DNA of 64,000 bases, from assembly GCA_963744145.1 (NCBI GenBank), contig CAVUSO010000001.1, forward strand, positions 4,256,001-4,320,000. The letters run 5' to 3'. Of the stretch, positions 41,176 through 52,319 are shown in pieces (positions within the stretch are counted from its first letter, which is position 1; each line of letters starts with the position of its first letter). The translations under genes and the position numbers were made by a program. The stretch comes from an uncultured cyanobacterium. Its GTDB lineage: Bacteria > Cyanobacteriota > Cyanobacteriia > Cyanobacteriales > CAWUOF01. Below the pieces are notes generated by a model. The model did not search any database. It was not told where the DNA came from and saw only the letters and a list, made by a program, of their open reading frames with translations.

Positions 41176-41360
41176 AGAATATTTTTGATGGATAAATTTT
41201 GGTTAATGTCCTGTTTACTCTATTATATCTTGAGGGGTATGATCGCTATTCTCCTGATTGGGTTTTGGATAGGTGGGGGCGATAGCCAAGAAACCCGGTT
41301 TCTTTGCGTAAGTCCTAAAACATTGAAAAAAGCAATTACAAAGAAGGATGTCTGATTCAA

Positions 41361-41858
41361 TTATTCAATATTTTCAGGATTTTCAGGCAGATCGCTGTCA
41401 GTCGGTAAAAAATCAGGATTAAGAACTTCTTCTCCAGTAAAGGGAGACTCTGGGGGAAATATCACAATAGATAAACCTGTTTCACCTGCGGCGAGTTCCC
41501 TAGCATCTTGATAAGATTCATTAAAAATCTCTTCAAAAAAACGATATAAACTCGGACTGGTTTTGAAGGTATCTCGGATGCGTTTACGATGTTCTATAAT
41601 GGTGTAATGCCAACTATTTGTTCGTTTTCCCGGCTGATATTTATACTTGAGTAAGTGCATGAGAAGTACCCTCAAATTACTCTTTAAAGTATTTTTATCG
41701 CTTCTCCCCATACTTTCCAGTTCCTCTAGTAAGTTTTCTAAATCTATTTCGGCAAATTTTCCCTCTTTTAATAAGTTGATAGTTGTCTTTAACCACAGAT
41801 AAAAATCCTGTTCATAAAGGGATGTTATTGCAGTTGGTATTGATTTGATAGTTGTCAT
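41361..41858 (-). CDS. DUF29 family protein
   Basis: LYEQDFYLW, DLENLLEELESMGRS, LLMHLLKYKYQP. Confidence 0.92.
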   Translation of the reverse strand: MTTIKSIPTAITSLYEQDFYLWLKTTINLLKEGKFAEIDLENLLEELESMGRSDKNTLKSNLRVLLMHLLKYKYQPGKRTNSWHYTIIEHRKRIRDTFKTSPSLYRFFEEIFNESYQDARELAAGETGLSIVIFPPESPFTGEEVLNPDFLPTDSDLPENPENIE

Positions 41859-41978
41859 TTTGTTTGACCCCCTTTCTCTTCTCTACACATAAGTGTAACA
41901 TATTCTATAATTTATCGCGATATGGTTCAATAAACCTTGACGATATGCTGTGGCTGGAGACCAGGAGAGTACCCAAAT

Positions 41979-42206
41979 CTAAACATGATAAGCAGTAATA
42001 GCAACAGTTCCATCAGGACTGTAAATAGCTTCAATGCGTCTAAAAGTAGAATGATTCCACCACACTTTCAGGCGATTTCCCTGAGCGGGAGCCGTACCAA
42101 TTTTAGCGTAACCGGCTCCTACTAGAAGTAACTCAAATTCTGTAGATGGCAAAGTTTTTACAGTAATTTGAGGGATACCATCAAGCTGATGCGTATCAAG
42201 GGTCAT
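41979..42206 (-). CDS. Small hypothetical protein
   Basis: 75 aa; start overlaps the upstream ORF. Confidence 0.55.
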   Translation of the reverse strand: MTLDTHQLDGIPQITVKTLPSTEFELLLVGAGYAKIGTAPAQGNRLKVWWNHSTFRRIEAIYSPDGTVAITAYHV

Positions 42207-42453
42207 AACTACCTTGATACGTGCTATAAATCCGGTATCCAGGGAATACTAAAGCAATGCCAATTGGACTATGAATTCTCCCCGGATAGCTTTCTTCGGG
42301 TTCACTACCTCCAATCCGAATTTTGATAGCACCTAGCCAAATGTAGAGCCCTGGAATTAAAGTATCTAAACTATAGGCGATCGCTCGCATTTGCAGATCG
42401 GCGGAATTAATCGGTTTTAAAGACTGTGGCTTTTCAGGTTTAGAAATAGACAT
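42196..42453 (-). CDS. Small hypothetical protein
   Basis: 85 aa; overlaps 41979-42206. Confidence 0.55.
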   Translation of the reverse strand: MSISKPEKPQSLKPINSADLQMRAIAYSLDTLIPGLYIWLGAIKIRIGGSEPEESYPGRIHSPIGIALVFPGYRIYSTYQGSYDP

Positions 42454-42699
42454 GGAACTGATTCCTGTGCGTTACGGTGCAAAAGCGGTCTTGTTAATTA
42501 CACTTGAACGTAACCTAATCTTCATTTTTCAAGTGTTAAGCTTATGTTACTATTTTGTCGCGATGCCTGCGACTGATCTCGACTTATACCACGAAATTGT
42601 AAATCTACAGATCCCTTTTTTTGTCCATCCTCAATCAAGTCACAAACCTTTGATTTTTCCAGAGACCAGGCGATTTTAATCTCGCAACAAAAGTAATGC

Positions 42700-43191
42700 C
42701 TACGGCACGCTACGCGAACAGAATGCTGATGCTAAGGTCTTGGATGTTATTAACAAATCAAGCTGGTTATTAAGATTATCTAAATCTGCTTCAATCTCAA
42801 TTATTTTTTGATTAGCTTCAGCATTATTTTTACTCAAACCTACATCTAAAGAAACTAAAACATAATTTAATAATTCTATTATTTTATTAAGAATCTCTAA
42901 AATCTGTAACTCTATATTTTTATCTATTGGCAGTGGTACTATTCTGAATAACAAAAAACAGTTATATAGACTAGAGGCAGATTTTAAAATACTTTCAAAA
43001 CCAAATATCATAGCTCCACCCTTTATCGGTGAAGATAAAATACGCATAGGTTCGTTGATGATCTCTGGCTCTTCATCTCTTTTATGTAGATTTCGTAAAC
43101 TATTTTCAACAATTGCTAAACATTCTTTTGCATCCTCAAGAAAATATTCAATTCCTGCTCTTTTGGTCTTATTCTGGTTTTCTTTAATCAT
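42700..43191 (-). CDS. Hpt-like (CheA P1-like) protein lacking the phospho-His
   Basis: YFLEDAKECLAIVE...MRILSSPIKGGAMIFG versus the usual RAAHSIKGGA. Confidence 0.7.
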   Translation of the reverse strand: MIKENQNKTKRAGIEYFLEDAKECLAIVENSLRNLHKRDEEPEIINEPMRILSSPIKGGAMIFGFESILKSASSLYNCFLLFRIVPLPIDKNIELQILEILNKIIELLNYVLVSLDVGLSKNNAEANQKIIEIEADLDNLNNQLDLLITSKTLASAFCSRSVP

Positions 43192-43474
43192 AAAAAGCTG
43201 GCCGATCTAATATTTAAAATATAACTGTCTAATAGCCCATAAGACTACTGATTTGAACGCAAATACTCTTACAGTAATATTATTTCATAACTTTAATACG
43301 ATCGCACCTAATCAAATATTGAAATGCGATCGCTATTCCTAAATCCCACTAGACGGTTGATTTTAGTTGATGCGATCGCCATCTCCCCAACCAACTCCCA
43401 AACATCACTAACCACAACATCATTCACAACGCGATCGTTCTCCCAAAAATAATAATGCGATCGCCATAAATAAT

Positions 43475-45108
43475 TCAAGTTTCCGTAGCAAAATCTTCTG
43501 GGTCAATATCCCAGTTTACCCAGCGAATTGCTGCTCTAGCAGAATCAAGATCGGGTGGAACACGCAAAACGTGAATGTGAGCTGTACTTGGACAAGTCAT
43601 TTTTAGTAAATGTATGGGTTCTATATCAATATTTGCATCAATCTTGAGAAGGGTATATTCTCGATAGCGATCAATTTCGATTGCTCCTAGCTCTTGGATA
43701 ATGCGATCATACCCTAGCTGCCGAATCAATATTCTCCGAATTTCAACATTTTCTTCTGTAAGTAACCATTCGGCTTTCCACTGGTTTAAATGCGTCCAGT
43801 AGCGACGTGGAAGATTGACAGCCAAAACAGTAAACCTCCAAATATTGATTGGGATGGTTAGCTAAAATAGATAAATCTTCAATGGGGTTACCATTGAGAT
43901 CAAGCAATCCTAAAGACTTGAGCTGTCCTACCTCAATTGGTAAGCTGGTTAGTTGATTATTAGACAAATTAAATCTGTATAAAGACTGGAGTTGTCCTAT
44001 CTCAATCGGTAAGCTGGTTAGTTGATTATTAGACAAATTAAGTCTCTTTAAAGACTGGAGTTGTCCTATCTCTGCTGGTATGCTTGTTAGTCGGTTATCC
44101 CCCAGATAGAGCTTGGTCAAAGAATGGAGTTGTCCTATCTCTGCTGGTATACTTGTTAGTTGGTTATACCCCAAACAGAGCTGGCTCAAAGAATGAAGTC
44201 CCCCTATCTCGGTTGGTAAGCTTGTTAATTGGTTACCACACAGATAGAGTTCGTTCAATGACTGGAGTTGTCCTATTTCTGTTGGCAAGTGTGTTAGTTT
44301 ATTCCCATCTAGAAGTAGCGTTTGCAAAGAACAAAGTTTCCCTATCTCTGCTGGTAGACTTGTTAATTGGTTGCTATTTAAGCTGAGATGGGTCAAAGAA
44401 TGGAGTCGCCCTATTTCTGTTGGTAGGTGTGTTAGTTGGTTCTTGTCTAGGGATAGCGATTTTAAAGAATGCAGTTTTTCTATTACAACTGGTATATTAG
44501 CTAAATAGTTTCCAGCTAACGAAAGTGTGGTTAAATAAGGGAGTTGGCTGATTTCGTCTGGTAGGTGTGTTAGTTGGTTATTGTCTAGGGATAGCGATTT
44601 TAAAGAATGCAGTTTTTCTATTACAACTGGTATATTAGTTAAATAGTTTCCAGCTAACGAAAGTCCGGTTAAATAAGGTAGTTGGCTGATTTCATCTGGT
44701 AGATTTGTTAGTTGATTATTGTCTAGAAAAAGCCATTCTAAAGAATGTAATTGCCCTGTCTCTATGGATAAGCTTTTTATTTGGTTATCTTCTAAATGAA
44801 GAATCTCTTAAGTTGTGAATTTGCCATATTTCAGCTGGTAGGTGTGTTAGTTCATTTTTACTCAGGTCTAATTCTTTTAAAGAATCAAGTTGCCCGATCT
44901 CAGCTGGTAGACTTTTTATTTGGTTATCAGACAGACAAAGTTCGCTCAAATTTAATAGCAGTCCTATCTCTTTTGGTAAAGTAATCAACCCTTTACACCT
45001 GAAATTAAGTTCTGTTATATCTAAGTAATAATAACTAAGAATTATTGCTTGTACATCTTGCTCTGCCATAACCGAGCAACCATCAATTATTCCTTGTACA
45101 ACTTCCAT
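43475..45108 (-). pseudogene. Leucine-rich repeat protein with DUF6745-like C-terminus; two frameshifts (about 44810 and 43828)
   Basis: 23-aa LRRs (L..L.L..NQLTSLP.EIGQL) are continuous across 44396-44810; C-terminal EENVEIRR..MTCPSTAHIHVLRVPP. Confidence 0.8.
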
Positions 45109-45334
45109 ATCCGATATCTTTTTCCTTTACTTTATGACTCATTGGTAATCCTAAAAAATGCGATCGCTGCTGATCTTTATAATTTTTTCTAATTCTGCGA
45201 CTAACTGGGTTGCCTTAGTGATACTTGCGATTGCTCTCTCTGCAACTTTCACCCAAGCAGCACTAAGCATAGACTAACTCACTGGGAGAAATTTGTCTAC
45301 TACTTGGCGATCGCCCACCCAAACTCAAATCTAT

Positions 45335-45558
45335 CTAGCCCTTAATTATTTGACCTAATGGTTTAAATGTTTCTGTACTGCGATCTCCTTTTTACCCAAG
45401 CAATAATCCCGACGATGGCCCTAGTTACGACTGTCCACAGCCAAACTTGTTTTTTTTTCCTACTGAATGGGCGCAAGAACTCTGGCCCCCGTATATGTAA
45501 TTCATCGATCTGGGCGATGTCCCGAATTTCCTCATGATCGGGTGAGGGTATGCTTAGG
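45335..45558 (-). mobile_element. Degraded IS1-family transposase fragment
   Basis: PDHEEI.DIAQIDEL...KKKQVWLWTVV...IIAWVKGDRSTETFKPL, interrupted by a short palindromic insert. Confidence 0.65.
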
Positions 45559-45740
45559 TATATTGTTGGTTAGGGATCTTGTCGGTTATATTTATCTTGG
45601 TAAGAGGATATTTTCCCAAGTCCCTTCTTTATAAAATCCTCATCGAAACTTTACCCAATGCTTGCAATTACCTATTGACCTACAAGTAGAAAAAAATAGA
45701 TGATTAAGTCAATGAGATATTTACTGCAAGGGAAAAATCG

Positions 45741-45971
45741 ATGACACCAATATTTCTAAATGACTTAATTGACTTAATGCCAGAAATTGCTCAAGCAGAG
45801 ATTAATATGGAATATGGCAGGATGGATGAGCATGAGAATATCTGGGCATCTACAATTGCTCAAAACAGTTCTAATCATCCTCACTTTGATGAAAAAGATC
45901 AGCTAAAAGTTATTTTAGATCATCTTGATCGTTCCTGGTGGATAGATCCCTTGTTAGAGTCAGATGTCTAA
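45741..45971 (+). CDS. Hypothetical protein
   Basis: 76-aa ORF followed by a hairpin at 46047-46070. Confidence 0.5.
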   Translation: MTPIFLNDLIDLMPEIAQAEINMEYGRMDEHENIWASTIAQNSSNHPHFDEKDQLKVILDHLDRSWWIDPLLESDV

Positions 45972-46337
45972 ATTCCTAGACTTGAACATTTTAATTTTTA
46001 TTTTGTCTGACCGCAAAATCAGAATTTTTCACTATAAATATTTCGGTAGCCCCTTAGACATGAGGGGCTATTTATTTTTTGTGAGTGGCTACACAATTGT
46101 TGATATATTTAGTTAGAGCCGTTAGATTAGAGTGTCAAATTTCACCAATATTTTTATGAATATGTTTGACATTTGGTTAAATATATGGTATAACAGCCAA
46201 AAATAGCCGTCAAAAGGAAAAATAACCAAATAAGTGGTTGTGCTAAATCTATTCTTATCAAAAAAAAAATCCAAGATAAAATTGATTAAGTGTTTTAGTG
46301 TAAATTCGGCTTGGTCTGGTGGAGCGAAAGTTTAAAA

Positions 46338-47861
46338 ATGTTGAATGTATCTGAAAATATGGCCACAATTGCCATTGTACTGGTTGCATTGGGGATCTTG
46401 GGTTGGGGATATTATCGGGCCAAACCTTTCGGGAAATTAGGAATTTTAGCTTGGTTACAGTCAGTCGTACTGATGCTACCTTGGTTAGTCTTCTTTAGTT
46501 TGTTCTCTGCTGGGATTTATATCGAGTTAGTGGGTGTAATATTGTTGCTAGTGGTTTCGACCGGAATATACATATTTTTGGGGTACAAACTCCGGTCCGC
46601 TAGTAACGATGCTCAGGTCCGATCGCGTTTAGAAACCATATTAAAATCAAACTCAGATCAGACTGATCCGGAACAGGTCAGTGATCCGGTCGCGATCGAA
46701 AACACGACTAAATCTGTAGCAGTCGGATTACCCGTACCAGCACAAATGCGTCCTCTACCTGATGAAGACTTAAAAATCATTCAAGGGATATTTGGAATTG
46801 ATACGTTTTTTGTCACAGAAACTATTCCCTATCAAGATGGAGCGATTTTTAAAGGTAATTTGCGAGGGGAAGTAGAATCCGTATATTCCCGACTATCTGC
46901 TAGTTTACAAGAACGTTTGGGCGATCGCTATCGGTTATTTTTGGTGCCGAGCCAAAATGACAAACCGATCGTCATTATCTTACCAAGTAGCAATGATCCG
47001 CAACCAGCAACTAAAAGTCAAAATCTCCTGTCTTTAGTGTTATTAATAGTCACCGTGATTAGTTGTTATGAAACTAGCGGACTATTAAAAGGGTTTGATT
47101 TATTCTCTACTCCAGAAAGATGGGTGGAAGCTTTACCTATTGGTACAGGAATTTTAGCGGTTTTTGCTGTGCATGAAATCGGACATCAGGTATTAGCTAA
47201 ACGTCATCAAGTGCGGTTTAGTTGGCCATTTTTTATTCCCACATTACAAATTGGCTCGTTTGGAGCAATTAATCGTTTTGAATCCTTAATCCCCACTCGA
47301 ACTGCTTTATTTGATGTCGCTTTAGCTGGTCCAGCAGCAGGGGGAATTCTCTCTCTAGTCATGTTAATCACTGGTTTACTTCTATCCCATCCTGGTAGTT
47401 TGTTCCAAGTACCATCAGAATTTTTCAAAGGCTCAATTTTAGTGGGAACTTTGGCGAAAATTGTCCTGGGTACAGATTTGCAAAAAACCATCGTTGATAT
47501 TCATCCACTCACAATCATTGGTTGGTTAGGATTAGTAATTACAGCGATTAATTTACTACCTGCGGGTCAATTAGATGGGGGAAGAATTGTGCAAGCTATT
47601 TATGGACGCAAAATTGCTGGTCGAACTACAGTTGCTAGTTTAATTATTTTAGCGATCGCGTCTCTAGCTAATCCTCTGGCTTTATATTGGGCGATTGTTA
47701 TTATCTTTTTACAAAGAAACTTAGAACGTCCTAGTCTTAATGAAATCACTGAACCTGATGATGCTAGAGCTGCTTTAGGTTTATTAGCATTATTTTTGAT
47801 GATTGCTACTCTTTTACCTTTAAGTCCAGGTTTAGCAGGTCGTTTAGGAATTGGTGGGTAA
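46338..47861 (+). CDS. Site-2 protease (M50) family metalloprotease
   Basis: HEIGH, ALAGP, NLLPAGQLDGG. Confidence 0.93.
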   Translation: MLNVSENMATIAIVLVALGILGWGYYRAKPFGKLGILAWLQSVVLMLPWLVFFSLFSAGIYIELVGVILLLVVSTGIYIFLGYKLRSASNDAQVRSRLETILKSNSDQTDPEQVSDPVAIENTTKSVAVGLPVPAQMRPLPDEDLKIIQGIFGIDTFFVTETIPYQDGAIFKGNLRGEVESVYSRLSASLQERLGDRYRLFLVPSQNDKPIVIILPSSNDPQPATKSQNLLSLVLLIVTVISCYETSGLLKGFDLFSTPERWVEALPIGTGILAVFAVHEIGHQVLAKRHQVRFSWPFFIPTLQIGSFGAINRFESLIPTRTALFDVALAGPAAGGILSLVMLITGLLLSHPGSLFQVPSEFFKGSILVGTLAKIVLGTDLQKTIVDIHPLTIIGWLGLVITAINLLPAGQLDGGRIVQAIYGRKIAGRTTVASLIILAIASLANPLALYWAIVIIFLQRNLERPSLNEITEPDDARAALGLLALFLMIATLLPLSPGLAGRLGIGG

Positions 47862-47984
47862 AAAATAATTAGCTCAAACAATAGAATATTGGAGATTTTT
47901 TTTCTGGTGATTTTAGTTGCGATGAGAGTGTTCTCATCGCTAATAACTACTTAGATATATAACATTATTGCACAATGATGCTCC

Positions 47985-48851
47985 ATGACCAATCATCACA
48001 ATGATCTGATCTCTGTTAATGCTATTCCTGGAGTGATTTTAGTATTTGATTTTAGTGCTTTAGTGATCGGTAAAACCCAGGAATGGCAGCATTACACAAA
48101 TACTGGTTTATGTTATTTACCTGGGTGTGTTTATCAGGAACTTAAATTACTAACTATCAATAAAAATCAAGCTGCTCCAACCAAATTAGCACAGGAGTTT
48201 ATGCTTTTTTGGTCAACCAGTGGTTGGAAGTTAACTAATACTCTAGCTGATCATCCTTTGCTCCAACCAGCTCTAGCGAATCAAAGCAAAGAAGCTCGAT
48301 TAATAGTTGCTGTAGCTCAGTCTGCCTATAGTTTATCCCAAAAGCACCAGAATAAGTTAATTATTTTAATTACTAATCATCAACTTTTATTAGAACGTAT
48401 CGAAGCTTTAAATGTGACTAATTTGAGCGGAATTAACCTAACTGCTTTGCGAGAATGGTGTCGCACTAAATTTCGCCCCCTATTAATTACTCAAAAACTT
48501 CAGAACATGATGCAGTTATCAACATCACTGACCATCTCATCCACGCTGTCTTCGCAAATTGTGCAGAAGGGTAATATTCAGAAAAACCCGAAAACTGTTT
48601 GGCAAACAACCCAGTTACAAGGGACAAAACCTAGAAAAACTCCACTAAAAAAACCTGTTTCTAGTTTATCATCGAAATCGCCAGTTACCTCTGGGCAACC
48701 TAGTCTATTAGCGTTGTTGATTTCTGGAATTTTAGCTTTCATGGGATTGACGATCATCACGGGATTTACTTGGCGATCGCTGGATCTCAGAACTTTTAAT
48801 CAAGTTTGGGATCATTTAGGTTTACCCGATTTACCAGCCGAGCTTTTTTAA
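47985..48851 (+). CDS. PIN-like domain protein with C-terminal membrane anchor
   Basis: LVFDFSAL N-terminus, AQEF, VAQSAY, ILITN; one TM segment. Confidence 0.6.
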   Translation: MTNHHNDLISVNAIPGVILVFDFSALVIGKTQEWQHYTNTGLCYLPGCVYQELKLLTINKNQAAPTKLAQEFMLFWSTSGWKLTNTLADHPLLQPALANQSKEARLIVAVAQSAYSLSQKHQNKLIILITNHQLLLERIEALNVTNLSGINLTALREWCRTKFRPLLITQKLQNMMQLSTSLTISSTLSSQIVQKGNIQKNPKTVWQTTQLQGTKPRKTPLKKPVSSLSSKSPVTSGQPSLLALLISGILAFMGLTIITGFTWRSLDLRTFNQVWDHLGLPDLPAELF

Positions 48852-48918
48852 GTTATCCCTACTATTTTTTTTTGCCAAAATATGCCAATATTTTAGCATT
48901 GAGATTAAATTCAAAATC

Positions 48919-50498
48919 ATGAATAGTGAAGTATCAACCGTCAATAATCATCCAGGTTACGATATTATTGCCTTTGGAGACGAAGTCCCAGGAGTATTAG
49001 GGATCGTATCTGCAGCAAGAGAGTATTTTCGTCAGACTAAAAAGTATCCCCGGACCTGCTGATCTCAAAAGGAAATTTCGCGATCGGAATTGGTGGAGTT
49101 TTAGTGAGAGGAGGTTTGGCTTATTTAGATAGAAGTCAAATTGATGGCAATATGCGTCAATCATTAGGTTTAGAGAACTTTGGCGCTCCCGCATCAATAT
49201 ATAAAGAATTTTTACAAAGAACGGGAGTAGTGAGTGTAGCACTTGATCCCCATCGAGCTAATCAAGTGCTGCGGGAAATGCTGTTAGAGTCTGGAGTTAG
49301 TCTGCTGGGTAACGCTCAGATTACAGATGTGATCAAAGAAGATCAAGTGATCAAAAGCATTGTGACATCTAATGGTCAGAGTTATGGAGCTAAACAATTT
49401 ATTGATTGTACTATTCATGCTGAATTGGCACAAGCAGCTGGGGTGAAAAAGTTGAAGGGATTTGAAACCTTTGGTTTACCAGAATCAGAATTAGCAGTTA
49501 CCTTTATTTTTGAAACTCAAGGGATTAGTCCGCAAACCCTCAAAGACATCGAACTTAATTATCTCAAACGTTTCACAGATCTAAATGATGCTCAAGCCCA
49601 AAAGTCCTTGCTCAACGCCGCTGGTTCAGATGCCAAGTTAGCAGAAAGACTAAGACAAAATATGGTTGATCAGAACGGGAAACTCAAAAATTTCTGGATT
49701 GGTCCTGATTATATCGATATTCGTTCTCCAGCTTTTTCCGTAGCTTATCATGCTTTTCGCGGCAAAAAAATCTCTCTCCCAGAAAAAGGTTTTATTTTTG
49801 ACTTAGCTAATATTGCGATTCTGCCTGATCAAAGGTTATCTTGGAATAACTTACTCTTTACTGTGACCGGTACTCAAGCAGAGGAACTAGCTCGAAATGG
49901 TGCCAAACCAAATGCGGCTATGTGCGAAGAAATGTCTTTTGTCGAAAAATGGTTTAAGAGTATTGGTGCTACTGGGGTAACTGCGGCTTCAGAAATTTAT
50001 ATTAGACACGCTGGTAATGTTACCGGAGTAGTAAAACCATTGACTGGAACTCAAATGTTAGCAGGAGGAGTACCAGCAGAGGAAGCTTTAGGAACTTTTA
50101 GTTATCATTTTGATGTTCGCGGTGGAATTCCCGGAATTGGTAATAAAGCTAGTGCTAAGGGAGTTTCTGGTTTGAGTTTTGGGAATCCGATTTTTAATTA
50201 TGGGATTCAACACTGTTTAATTCAAGATATTCCTAATCTCGCTGTTGTTAGTCCTAGTTCAGGATTTGAAGGTTTAGCTCCAGCCGCAGGTAGAATTGTT
50301 GAATTTAATAGTGGTGTTGCCCAAGGAGTTGGAATTGCTGCAACTTTAGCAATTCTGGGCAAAAAAAATTTAGCGGATATATCGAATCAGGAAGTAAAGC
50401 AAGTTTTAATTAATAATGGTCAATATCCGAAAATTTTTGGGATTGATCAAACCGCAGAAGCATCTAGATTAGGACAGTTAGAAACTTTGTTAGCTTAA
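48919..50498 (+). CDS. FAD-dependent oxidoreductase; -1 frameshift near 49056
   Basis: YDIIAFGDEVPG N-terminus in one frame, then GIGGVLVRGGLAYLD..FIDCT..AGRIVEFN. Confidence 0.8.
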
Positions 50499-50629
50499 CT
50501 GGTTTTTGATCTTAAGGTAGTCTCTGCAAGATGGTGCAGGTACGAAAAATCAATAGACAAGAAAGCAAAAGTCAAAAATATTTGTTTGTAGTAACGGCTG
50601 TCTTCCCTCAAATATTGAGCATGATTGGG

Positions 50630-52081
50630 ACTGAACCATTCTTTGCCGAGCTCTCCCAAAATATTCTTAACTGAACCCTACAAAAATTGTCTCCTCTAGT
50701 TTGAATGCTGATTTATGATAGTCAATCTGTGTGATTCATGAACCCAGGGCAAAGCATTTCGGTCATAGATTTCGGTCGAGGCGATAATTTCTGAGCCGAA
50801 ATGCTTTGCCCCTACAAATATTACAAATATGGACAAGATTTGGTTCTTGTTTCCTGAGCGCGATCGCGAAGAGCCACAAAATCTGCATTATCATACAGTT
50901 TGGTTAATTGTAGGGGCGAAGCATTCGGGCGATAATTAATCACTCAAGCCTTTACCCTGAGCGTAGTCGAAGGGCATAATTTTAGATCCGAATGCTTCGC
51001 CCATTCTTTGCCGAGAGCTCCCAAAACATTCTTAACTGAACCATTCTTTGCCGAGCTCTCCCAAAATATTCTTAACTGAACCCTACAAAAATTGTCTCCT
51101 CTAGTTTGAATGCTGATTTATGATAGTCAATCTGTGTGATTCATGAACCCAGGGCAAAGCATTTCGGTCATAGATTTCGGTCAAGGCGATAATTTCTGAG
51201 CCGAAATGCTTTGCCCCTACAAATATTACAAATATGGACAAGATTTGGTTCTTGTTTCCTGAGCGCGATCGCGAAGAGCCACAAAATCTGCATTATCATA
51301 CAGTTTGGTTAATTGTAGGGGCGAAGCATTCGGGCGATAATTAATCACTCAAGCCTTTACCCTGAGCGTAGTCGAAGGGCATAATTTTAGATCCGAATGC
51401 TTCGCCCATTCTTTGCCGAGAGTTCCCAAAACATTCTTAACTGAACCATTCTTTGCCGAGCTCTCCCAAAATATTCTTAACTGAACCCTACAAAAATTGT
51501 CTCCTCTAGTTTGAATGCTGATTTATGATAGTCAATCTGTGTGATTCATGAACCCAGGGCAAAGCATTTCGGTCATAGATTTCGGTCGAGGCGATAATTT
51601 CTGAGCCGAAATGCTTTGCCCCTACAAATATTACAAATATGGACAAGATTTGGTTCTTGTTTCCTGAGCGCGATCGCGAAGAGCCACAAAATCTGCATTA
51701 TCATACAGTTTGGTTAATTGTAGGGGCGAAGCATTCGGGCGATAATTAATCACTCAAGCCTTTACCCTGAGCGTAGTCGAAGGGCATAATTTTAGATCCG
51801 AATGCTTCGCCCATTCTTTGCCGAGAGCTCCCAAAACATTCTTAACTGAACCATTCTTTGCCGAGAGTTCCCAAAATATTCTTAACTGAACCCTACAAAA
51901 ATTGTCTCCTCTAGTTTGAATGCTGATTTATGATAGTCAATCTGTGTGATTCATGAACCCAGGGCAAAGCATTTCGGTCATAGATTTCGGTCAAGGCGAT
52001 AATTTCTGAGCCGAAATGCTTTGCCCCTACAAAGATTACAAATACGGACAAGATTTGGTTCTTGTTTCCTGAGCGCGATCG
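50630..52081. repeat. 405-bp non-coding tandem repeat, about 3.6 copies, built from REP-like hairpins and MITE ends
   Basis: CTGAACCCTAC at 50671, 51076, 51481 and 51886. Confidence 0.95.
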
Positions 52082-52319
52082 TTGTTATTCTCCTACTTTT
52101 TCCGGAGGTTTTAGCTTAATTCCTCGCAAACGATAAGCCGTACTGACACTAGCTTCTATAGCATTGTCCAGCTTATTGCTTAACCCATTTACAAAAGTTA
52201 ATACATTACCTATTACTTTTGTCCGACTACTTATATGATTATAACATTTTTAGGTTTTCACGCCACAGTCACGCCATTAGGGTGCGACGCGAAAGCTTGA
52301 TTGTTCAGTCAGAATTAGG

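Noticed and set aside
50630..52081. CRISPR array or coding repeat
   Set aside because: Whole 405-bp units are near-identical, with no spacers and no ORF in the track
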